In this document: piece after piece, positions 56,325-64,000 of the stretch
How the letters are laid out: each line of letters opens with the position of its first letter
Position numbering within the stretch: the stretch's first letter is position 1
Virus record (IMG/VR): IMGVR_UViG_3300032030_002018
Source of the DNA: a virus
Taxonomy: Duplodnaviria; Caudoviricetes
DNA length: 64,000 nucleotides
Reading direction: 5' to 3' (one strand)
Notes under the pieces: model-generated
Told to the model about the DNA's origin: nothing
Databases searched by the model: none
What the model saw: only the letters and a program-made list of their open reading frames with translations
Position numbers and translations under genes: made by a program

Positions 56325-58138
56325 ATAAGTGAAGTGTCTTTATGTTTTTGATACAATCCTTTATGGTTTACGACCTTAATTTTCTTTGATACCTCCACTC
56401 TATATATTAATAACCTATTATTTCCATATACCCTATTGTTACTGTCAACACTTGAATCAAGGACAACGTATATGATTTTTGTTCCAATATCATCCTCTGT
56501 GATATAATCCCTTCCAGTGTTCTCTACGAACCTCTTTACTTTATCAGGTCTGAATATATATGGCGAAGAGTATTCTGAAAATCCTTCAAACCTATTATTT
56601 ATTGTTGATTTACTATATTTGTTTTTACCTTTCAACACAGCTTCTCCAATATAGTCATATTGTATGTCAATATTGTGTTTTCTCAACAGCTCAGGCAATA
56701 TTTTTTCTGCATACCCAACTCTTGTTCTACAAGTATCCTTATCTCTTATAATTTCCCTTACTTCATCGTCTGATAATGGCACTGCTATATTTCCTATTGG
56801 TTTACTGCCAAACTCACAGTCTTTTCCTTGATAGTCACCATCAACCCAATCGTATTTTGTGGAATCGCTTGGTATATTTGCTCTATTTGAGAAATCCTGT
56901 TCCCAAGTTGAGTACATATCAGCGTATTTCTTATTTACATAGAACTTTGTTTTCTCAACTGGTGCGTTTATATCCCTATATCCACACATTCTACCAATAA
57001 GTGCTTGTACTGTGGTATCCGACTTTGTTGAATGGTCATAGACCATATATATAATATCCTTAAGTTCCCTTTTAATTGTTATGCCTGCCCTAAATGCTCC
57101 TTTTATTAGGAATAGTATTGGTTTTGTTTCAATTCTGTCAATATCCTTTATGTCCTTTATAATTCCAATGCTTTTGGACATAAGGTTATTCAGGTTATTT
57201 ATTCTGTAAAGTTTTTCCATTTCACGTTCAATCATTCTGTAATCAATGTTTGAACCATTTGAATAAACATCAACTATTCTGAATTTATCTTTAACATAAT
57301 CATTGTTTTTAAACACCTCAAATCTTTTGCTTCTGACGAATATAACACCATAAATCCCATCAATTTTCATTCTATCATAAGCGTCACATATATAGGAGAA
57401 TATCCTACCGTCATATGTAACGTCGTCCCTTTGTGAATCTTGTATGAGTCCATTGGTTATAAAATCTGTTATCCCAAAATAATTGGAATCTGTTTTCAGG
57501 CTTATTATATCCTTGCACAATGCCGTATCACTAACAATCTCCTTGAATGGTGTGGCTGATACTGATACAATGTATATGTTTCTTGATATTAATTCGTTTC
57601 TGTTTTTCCAATCAATATTGTTTTTCTTGAAAAAGGCTGTAAGTACATTTTTCTCGCCACTTCCATAATGTGATTCATCAATAAAAATCACACTATTGTC
57701 TATTGTTCCTGTATATCTTGGCAAATCACTGTTTTTCAATATGATATACTTACAATCATTACCATTTCTTTTCTTTATGTATATATTATCGTCTGTTGCT
57801 CCTATGACTTGTTTTTTCAAACGTTCTGATGTTTGTCTCTTAAGACCGCAGTCGTTCATTCCAGTTACGAATATGTATCTTTTAACAGCCATTTCAGATT
57901 CTATTTCTGTCTGTGAGATAATGTTTACAACAGAGTTACATACACCTGTTTTTCCACTCTGCATCTTAGCTGTAAGTATGACGTGGTTTCTCCTTGTGTG
58001 TGGTTCATTGAAATCTCTCACAATGTCCTTTGCAGCGTCAATTTGTGTATCAAATACATATTCATCGTTGTGTATATCTAATGTTTTCCTTATACTATCG
58101 TTATTTAACGAATCCAATATAATATTTATATCAATCAT
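56321..58138 (-). CDS. SF2 helicase-like ATPase
   Basis: AKMQSGKT, IDESH, SATP, QALIGRMCGY; start moved to M35. Confidence 0.8.
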   Translation of the reverse strand: MIDINIILDSLNNDSIRKTLDIHNDEYVFDTQIDAAKDIVRDFNEPHTRRNHVILTAKMQSGKTGVCNSVVNIISQTEIESEMAVKRYIFVTGMNDCGLKRQTSERLKKQVIGATDDNIYIKKRNGNDCKYIILKNSDLPRYTGTIDNSVIFIDESHYGSGEKNVLTAFFKKNNIDWKNRNELISRNIYIVSVSATPFKEIVSDTALCKDIISLKTDSNYFGITDFITNGLIQDSQRDDVTYDGRIFSYICDAYDRMKIDGIYGVIFVRSKRFEVFKNNDYVKDKFRIVDVYSNGSNIDYRMIEREMEKLYRINNLNNLMSKSIGIIKDIKDIDRIETKPILFLIKGAFRAGITIKRELKDIIYMVYDHSTKSDTTVQALIGRMCGYRDINAPVEKTKFYVNKKYADMYSTWEQDFSNRANIPSDSTKYDWVDGDYQGKDCEFGSKPIGNIAVPLSDDEVREIIRDKDTCRTRVGYAEKILPELLRKHNIDIQYDYIGEAVLKGKNKYSKSTINNRFEGFSEYSSPYIFRPDKVKRFVENTGRDYITEDDIGTKIIYVVLDSSVDSNNRVYGNNRLLIYRVEVSKKIKVVNHKGLYQKHKDTSLI

Positions 58139-58319
58139 CAATTCTACAAAAATCAGGTCTTGGTACGTTTTGGTCAATATTTGCCATTTTAAATATCTCT
58201 CTGAAATTTCCTTTATTGTCTTTGTACTTTGTACATACAATTCTGCTTAATCCATATCCAAAATACTCATATTCAAGCATATATGGGCAATTATTACATT
58301 GTTTTCTTTTATTATTCAT
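58131..58319 (-). CDS. Small Cys-rich protein
   Basis: CNNCP...C...P.FC, paralog of 58396 N-terminus. Confidence 0.6.
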   Translation of the reverse strand: MNNKRKQCNNCPYMLEYEYFGYGLSRIVCTKYKDNKGNFREIFKMANIDQNVPRPDFCRIDD

Positions 58320-58395
58320 ATTATTTACTTAAATCATTTGTAGCAAATATATACGAAAAAAACTAGATTTCGAAATAAAATCTAGTTAAAAAATG

Positions 58396-58800
58396 TTATT
58401 TTTTTGATATAAATTTACATATAACGTCAGACGACAATAAAGTTCCGTATTTATGTGTTTCATTATCTGTGTAATACAGGATATAATCATACTTATCTGT
58501 TACGGTAACGTTTTTTCTTTCCTTACCTCTATATGGTGGGAAATGCAGTATATCGCCTTTTTTAATGTTGCTGAAATTAATTATTGGCTTAACTTTGGCT
58601 ATCGTAATGTCCGTTGTATGTTCTTCTTCATCGTAGGTACACCAAAATGGTTTTTTTATTTTTGTATCTTCTATATGATACCTTTCTATTTCCTTACACT
58701 CTCCGCTGTCTGATTTATACTTATCGCATTTCAGCGTTGTATATCCTTCATAGAATGCAGCAAATTTTTTCAGGTGTGGGCAATTCTCACAATTTGTCAT
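58396..58800 (-). CDS. Cys-rich hypothetical protein
   Basis: CENCP...C...PFWC. Confidence 0.7.
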   Translation of the reverse strand: MTNCENCPHLKKFAAFYEGYTTLKCDKYKSDSGECKEIERYHIEDTKIKKPFWCTYDEEEHTTDITIAKVKPIINFSNIKKGDILHFPPYRGKERKNVTVTDKYDYILYYTDNETHKYGTLLSSDVICKFISKK

Positions 58801-59477
58801 TTTGTAAAATCTATATAAAATGGTTTGTATGACATAATATAGGATTCATCAAGAAGGCTGACACCATACACATCTGTTTCTCCAAGTATTTCCTTATCGT
58901 GATTTGAGGTATGTAGATGTCCGTGAAGATTCAATTTTGGTTTCTTCTCCAAAATAGAATCCCTTAATCCACGACCTCCGATGTGTCCTCTTTCTTTGTG
59001 TTTGAATATCACATCGCTGCATCCATATGGTGCGTCGTGTGTCAGGAGTATGGAAACATTATCTGGCATTTTATTGTAAATGTCTTTAAGTGCTTCGTCG
59101 GAATAACCCATAAACGCCCAATGTCCGAATTGATGACACCAAGGTGTTCCGTATATTGTTATAACGTTTCCTTCTGAATCAATATAATCATATTTTTCGT
59201 CTTGGAGATATATTATATTTGTATCTTTAATAAGATTTTTGAATTTATCTCCGTGACGATAGAAGTAGAAGTCGTGATTACCACCAACAACAAAAATCTT
59301 ATCCACTGGTTGTTCTTTACACCAGGGGATAAATGTATTGACAATCCACTTTTCGGAGTCTTTAGTGTACCCCTGTATCATTAGTGGCAATATGTCACCG
59401 CAGATACAGAGGATATCACTTTTCTCAATGCTGAAGTCAAATTGACCGTGTGTGTCACTTATTGCGCAAATTCTCAT
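58797..59477 (-). CDS. Metallophosphoesterase
   Basis: SDTHG, CGD, GNHD, TH, GHLH. Confidence 0.9.
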   Translation of the reverse strand: MRICAISDTHGQFDFSIEKSDILCICGDILPLMIQGYTKDSEKWIVNTFIPWCKEQPVDKIFVVGGNHDFYFYRHGDKFKNLIKDTNIIYLQDEKYDYIDSEGNVITIYGTPWCHQFGHWAFMGYSDEALKDIYNKMPDNVSILLTHDAPYGCSDVIFKHKERGHIGGRGLRDSILEKKPKLNLHGHLHTSNHDKEILGETDVYGVSLLDESYIMSYKPFYIDFTK

Positions 59478-60007
59478 TTGTTGCTTTTTATTTTACCTGA
59501 TTTTGTTTTCTTATAACCTGAGAAGAATGGATTAGTCTTAACTGTTTTCTTTTTGAAACATTTCTTCTCTTTCGGAATAGTCACAATGAATTTATTTTTA
59601 TCTTTATCTACCTTTGTAGCAAGTTCTTCATTGTTATATCCTTCTGGAATAGTAGTCGTAACAGTATGTGTACTATTACCATCCTTTGAAGTTACAGTGA
59701 CAATTAAAGAGTCTTTAGTCACCTCAATTTTCGGCTTGTTGTCTTTGTTTCTGTTGTAATCAACAGCAACCTTTAGTTCGTCTTCTCCGTATCCTAGTTC
59801 TTTGAACAGGTCGTTAGCGTCGTTAAAAAGGTCGTCTGCTCTGTTAATCAAATCGTTTCTTCTGTCGTAGAAGTCGTAGAATCCTGGACTGAAAATCATA
59901 TCTGTTGAACTAATATCATCAAAAATGTCGTTCAGTCTTTTCATCATTGAATTAAGGTTTTTGAATTGCCTTGTCATCTCTCCTTGTTTAACTAATTTGT
60001 TTGACAT
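59474..60007 (-). CDS. Hsp20/alpha-crystallin-like protein
   Basis: beta-strand pattern IEV...LIVT...IP...FIVTIPK. Confidence 0.55.
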   Translation of the reverse strand: MSNKLVKQGEMTRQFKNLNSMMKRLNDIFDDISSTDMIFSPGFYDFYDRRNDLINRADDLFNDANDLFKELGYGEDELKVAVDYNRNKDNKPKIEVTKDSLIVTVTSKDGNSTHTVTTTIPEGYNNEELATKVDKDKNKFIVTIPKEKKCFKKKTVKTNPFFSGYKKTKSGKIKSNK

Positions 60008-60032
60008 AATTTTAAAATTTTTAATGATACAA

Positions 60033-60064
60033 CAAATATATACATTTCATTTGTAAAATCCAAA
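60033..60064 (-). promoter_or_regulatory. Bacteroidota-type promoter
   Basis: TTTG-N20-TATATTTG. Confidence 0.75.
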
Positions 60065-60068
60065 TATT

Positions 60069-60317
60069 TCAAATAGTTTTTTTACCGTCGCATATTTTTT
60101 TCCATTCAATATCCATTCTTGACCAAAAATCCCTACCCTCAGGTGTATTGTCAAATGACATAATACCCCCTATTGCATATCTGATATTGGATTCTTCGTT
60201 CAAGTAATTAACAAGTGTTTTAATGTCCTTAAACTTGTATGAACTAATGTGTTTTCTATAAGAATCCAATGCGTTATGTTTCTCTAAGAATTTAACAAGC
60301 GTATCTGCATTATCCAT
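60069..60317 (-). CDS. Hypothetical protein (TPEGRDFW)
   Basis: ORF. Confidence 0.65.
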   Translation of the reverse strand: MDNADTLVKFLEKHNALDSYRKHISSYKFKDIKTLVNYLNEESNIRYAIGGIMSFDNTPEGRDFWSRMDIEWKKICDGKKTI

Positions 60318-60324
60318 ATGTACA

Positions 60325-61728
60325 TTATTTACTTTGAATTACTGATGAGATGTGTTCTCTGACATATTCCATACATTCGTCTTTTGTGACATTTTCTTTA
60401 TCCTTGTATTTCTCGACAAGCATTGATATAATCTTTCCAACAACCTTTCCTGGTTTAAGGCAAAACTCTTTCATAACATCATTACCGTTTACAGGTAACT
60501 TTGCTTTGATATCATCATTTTGTTTTTGTTTTTCCTCGTTCTCAATTTCATTATATGATTTGAGTATAGTAGGAATTTGATTAGCCTTTTTACCGTATTT
60601 ATTGGTAATGTTAATGTAATGTATTATTTGAAGGAGTGTATCAAGGTCGTCACCCATCTTGATTTTTAGTTTCTTAAGTGTCTTATGTGATGGGATTGCG
60701 CCTTTCTTATAGTTTTTGAATACGTTCTGCATAGAGATAATTTTGCATACAGAATTAATTAAACTTTCAGAATACCCCATCTTCTCCATAACGGCTTGTG
60801 TTAGTCTCTCACTGTTTTTCTCTTCTGAAACCCCATAAAACTGTGTAACCTTACCAACTCTATGGAACAGTGCTGATAGTCTTGATTTAAGGTTTTTGTC
60901 TGTCATATCAAGTATGTCCATAGTTCGTTCAAACGCGGTCATTTCTGCGTCTTCATCAACATTTGTTATTTCCTTTAATGCTGGTAAAATATAAGACAAA
61001 AGACCATTACAAAACATCATTCTTCGAATGGCGTTACTAGGTTGGTCTGTGAGTATAATTCTTGATACTTCACTGGTTATATAATCTTGCGGAACTGATA
61101 CAATTTTATCGGCGTTCTTTACCATACCAAGCCACGTGTTTTTCTCTATACCCCATCCAAGTTCGTTTGCAATCCTTATAACTTTAAGTATGTCCAAAGG
61201 GTTGTTTTTGAATTGTGTATCAGGGTCACCAATTGCCCTTATGGTATGCGTTGAGAGGTCTTCAACACCCTTTTCTGATGTATCCAATATATCATCCTTA
61301 CTGATATTGTAATACATTGAATCAATTGTCAGTACACTATTTTGTGCGTCGTCGTCACAAGTTCCAAAACAGGTTATTTTCGTTCCGTTTTCATCATATT
61401 TTATTTTGGTTGTCGCTCTGCAAGTGATGTATGCATCTTCAAAACCTTTTATTGACAGTGAAAACATATCATTATTTGGATGGTACTGTATAGTACATTT
61501 TTCTTCGTCTTTTGTGTTGAGTTTGTCCGTCAAGAAATCAAGAAAATCCTCGTGACTTGAAGCGTATAAATCAACTACAAGTTCAATATCGATTGAAGAA
61601 TAGAAAACAAAATATTCCCTAAGTGTTTTTCCACATATGAACACGTGTCCCTCCCATTCAGTTCCTTCAATAATATTCTTTATGAAGTCGTTGAAATTCA
61701 TTAATATACTATCTTTCATCTTGTACAT
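60325..61728 (-). CDS. CCA-adding/poly(A) polymerase-family homologue with degenerate motifs
   Basis: Fold landmarks TIDSMYY, G.EDL...IRAIGDP..F...PL, LPVNGNDVM..LKPGK.VG. Confidence 0.8.
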   Translation of the reverse strand: MYKMKDSILMNFNDFIKNIIEGTEWEGHVFICGKTLREYFVFYSSIDIELVVDLYASSHEDFLDFLTDKLNTKDEEKCTIQYHPNNDMFSLSIKGFEDAYITCRATTKIKYDENGTKITCFGTCDDDAQNSVLTIDSMYYNISKDDILDTSEKGVEDLSTHTIRAIGDPDTQFKNNPLDILKVIRIANELGWGIEKNTWLGMVKNADKIVSVPQDYITSEVSRIILTDQPSNAIRRMMFCNGLLSYILPALKEITNVDEDAEMTAFERTMDILDMTDKNLKSRLSALFHRVGKVTQFYGVSEEKNSERLTQAVMEKMGYSESLINSVCKIISMQNVFKNYKKGAIPSHKTLKKLKIKMGDDLDTLLQIIHYINITNKYGKKANQIPTILKSYNEIENEEKQKQNDDIKAKLPVNGNDVMKEFCLKPGKVVGKIISMLVEKYKDKENVTKDECMEYVREHISSVIQSK

Positions 61729-62474
61729 TCAAAAATTGTTATTTTTTCTTCTGGTTGAACATTCTTAACAAATCTATCGTAAAAATTCTCTATCCAATCG
61801 AGTTCCTTATTGTCGTCATCTAAACCAACCCATTTATTCTTATCTACAAAGGCGTAGTTCCAATATGCACTATTATATGTTGCATATGATTCCTTGTCCT
61901 TGAATCTACTGAAGTACTTTGTTCTCTCCTTCATATTGTCGTATATCATACGCTCTTCGTCAGTTTCAGGGTCTCTTACATTATGAACAAGGTCCCAGGC
62001 ATCTTCATAAATTTTTCTATCCTTGTTAATCATTGTTTCCCAATCAACATCTTTATTGATAGCTTGATATACTTCCTTTCCATCTTTTAGAATCAACGGC
62101 ATTGAGAAATGTTCTCCAATTGCATATGACTTCCATTTACCAATTGGGTTCTCTTCTGACAATGCATCTCCGTTCTCATCATAATACAATCCATTCGTTA
62201 TTGTTCTGTAATATTCAAATGGAGACAAGTTGTTTATAGCCTTCAGTTGTTCCTGAATATATCCTTCTTGGAATTCGTTAAGCATAAACTTCTTGCTGTC
62301 CTTTATTATATTGGCATAAACCCTTGCTGTACTTTCCTTGATTTTAGCCGCGTCTTTATATCGGAACTTAACATATGGTTTCACTTTCAGAGACATATCA
62401 TATTTAGCCATTATCTCATCGGGTTTATCGCCAACAACCATAACGGAAAAAAATGTGCTTGGTTTAGTATTCAT
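61716..62474 (-). CDS. Hypothetical phage protein
   Basis: 252-aa ORF. Confidence 0.7.
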   Translation of the reverse strand: MNTKPSTFFSVMVVGDKPDEIMAKYDMSLKVKPYVKFRYKDAAKIKESTARVYANIIKDSKKFMLNEFQEGYIQEQLKAINNLSPFEYYRTITNGLYYDENGDALSEENPIGKWKSYAIGEHFSMPLILKDGKEVYQAINKDVDWETMINKDRKIYEDAWDLVHNVRDPETDEERMIYDNMKERTKYFSRFKDKESYATYNSAYWNYAFVDKNKWVGLDDDNKELDWIENFYDRFVKNVQPEEKITIFECTR

Positions 62475-62485
62475 TATTACTTTTT

Positions 62486-63586
62486 TTAGAATGGGTATAA
62501 ATTATCATTTGCAGCAACTGCACGTGGTCCATCGTTTTCGTCCCCATCACGTACAATTCTATTATCAAGCATATCTTGCAGAGCATCATAAAAATCAGGC
62601 GCGTCTCCTATATGTAAGGGAAGAGGTCCTCTATCAACATTAAATCTTATTGCGTATGCATCATCGATTGGCGCATCAATTCTTATTGGTTGAAAGTCGT
62701 CTTCGTCCCTGTGGCGAAGCCTAATCCTTGCATTTTCAATTTGTTCTTCTCTAACTCCTTCGTCGTAATCTTCAGCGTCGTCGCAATCATCTTCTAATCT
62801 GATATGAGGTAATCTGTAATTTGTATTTACTTCTGATAACTTATTAAATCCATAAGAAGCGAACATTATACCCCTCAATATGTTTACCATTCCGGAAGAT
62901 GAATTGTTCAAATAATCAGCAAAAATCCAATGACTTATTTTAACATTATTAATAATAAGCCAATGATAAACCTTGTCCATTTCCATTTGCAAATGGTTTA
63001 TATCACCCAACAACGTATCGTCTTCTTCAACCCATTTGGATATATAATCATTGTTTAACAACATAAATGTAGGCTTCTCATTTGAAATTACAATATTGAA
63101 ATCAATATTATTTGATTTTATTTCATCAAGTTTCTCTGATTCAAAAACAAATTTTTCAGAATTACTGTCGTACAACATATTTGGCTGTTTCTCTATCCAT
63201 TTTCTGTGTGGGGAAATACCGCCACCAATACATAGAATGGAAACTTCTGTGTTTCTTATTATTGTGTAATCTGGAATCAGATGTATATGTGGTGTGCTGA
63301 TTTTGTCATAATCGAACAAAGCCTTATCGTCATTTGCTCCTCTTATTATATAAATTGATATATTCCTACTTGCAATATTTTCTTCTATTTCATTCAATAT
63401 TTTTTGATAATCAATTAACGAATTATTGAAGTTGTTATTGCTTAAACATATAACAGCTGCGTTATTAAAATCATCGTTCCTTCTACTTCTCCTGATACCT
63501 TTAATTTTCAAATAACGTATTATGCTATCTATATTATCTTTTATAGAAATAACATATATTTTCGAATTTACATTAATAATATTCAT
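62486..63586 (-). CDS. Degenerate metallophosphoesterase-like protein with acidic tail
   Basis: IIRGANDD, ILCIGGGISPHR. Confidence 0.6.
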   Translation of the reverse strand: MNIINVNSKIYVISIKDNIDSIIRYLKIKGIRRSRRNDDFNNAAVICLSNNNFNNSLIDYQKILNEIEENIASRNISIYIIRGANDDKALFDYDKISTPHIHLIPDYTIIRNTEVSILCIGGGISPHRKWIEKQPNMLYDSNSEKFVFESEKLDEIKSNNIDFNIVISNEKPTFMLLNNDYISKWVEEDDTLLGDINHLQMEMDKVYHWLIINNVKISHWIFADYLNNSSSGMVNILRGIMFASYGFNKLSEVNTNYRLPHIRLEDDCDDAEDYDEGVREEQIENARIRLRHRDEDDFQPIRIDAPIDDAYAIRFNVDRGPLPLHIGDAPDFYDALQDMLDNRIVRDGDENDGPRAVAANDNLYPF

Positions 63587-63611
63587 AACATTCTAAATTA
63601 TTTTTAAAAAA

Positions 63612-63650
63612 ACGGTGGTGTAATCTTTATGTAATCACACCACCGTGTTT
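63612..63650. terminator. Terminator
   Basis: ACGGTGGTG...CACCACCGT with A/T tails. Confidence 0.75.
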
Positions 63651-63655
63651 ATTAT

Positions 63656-64000
63656 TTACCAAGTTTTACGAGTTGCTTTTGAACTTGTGAAAATCTTGTC
63701 AAAAAGCATATCGCAAGAATCTACGTAATCTTTACTAACAGAGATTGTTACAATATCATCATCCAAAAGTGATATTGCGTTGTCGGCAGCCATCTTTTTA
63801 ATTTTTTCTGTAACAACAATATCTGTTCTTTTTATAAGAGACTTTACTGCATCTTTATTACCGCATTTAACGGCAATCTCCAATGCGTTCATTCCTTCGT
63901 CATTTACAATTGAAATATCAACATTTTTCTCGTTTACAAGTTTTTCTACAACCCAAGCCAATGAGTTTTGTGAACAAGCAATTGTCAATGCAGTATCAAG
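63656..64000 (-). CDS. Ankyrin-repeat protein (5' end outside window)
   Basis: DTALTIAC...VEKLV; GMNALEIAVKCGNKDAVKSLI. Confidence 0.75.
   Translation of the reverse strand, partial: LDTALTIACSQNSLAWVVEKLVNEKNVDISIVNDEGMNALEIAVKCGNKDAVKSLIKRTDIVVTEKIKKMAADNAISLLDDDIVTISVSKDYVDSCDMLFDKIFTSSKATRKTW

Noticed and set aside
58139-58240. N-terminal 34 aa of the helicase ORF
   Set aside because: Overlaps the Cys-rich ORF 58131..58319; the internal ATG at 58138 is the more plausible start

Overview
AT-rich segment of a large (jumbo-like) phage of a Bacteroidota host, read in the standard code (TAG is used as a stop). Host assignment rests on many minus-strand TTTG-N20-TAnnTTTG promoters. About 0.5-22 kb is a hyperplastic minus-strand array of small paralogous genes built from shared N- and C-terminal boxes. 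About 22-41 kb holds accessory genes: ClpP, three orphan DNA methyltransferases, an IS607 relic, and a family of proteins with an N-terminal LxE leader, mostly behind an ATATTTAT motif. The main discovery candidate is at 41.5-43.6 kb: a RuvC-intact TnpB/Cas12f-like gene with no tnpA, cas1 or cas2, followed by an IS607-type omegaRNA scaffold ending in an anti-repeat, then a 10-repeat CRISPR array with type VI-B-like 36-nt repeats. 44-49 kb is a tRNA/ncRNA island: about 19 tRNA or tRNA-like genes (a further one lies at 40.1 kb), two related group I introns carrying tRNA-like cloverleaf insertions, four ACAGCAA-motif stem RNAs (some fused to tRNA folds), a stand-alone omegaRNA and several unexplained structured RNAs. 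Two IS200/IS605 elements follow, one splitting a phage gene. The right end encodes an ArfA-like peptide, phosphoesterases, a PARG-like protein, an SF2 helicase, Hsp20, a degenerate CCA-adding-enzyme homologue and an ankyrin protein. All calls come from manual reading; no database search or folding program was run.
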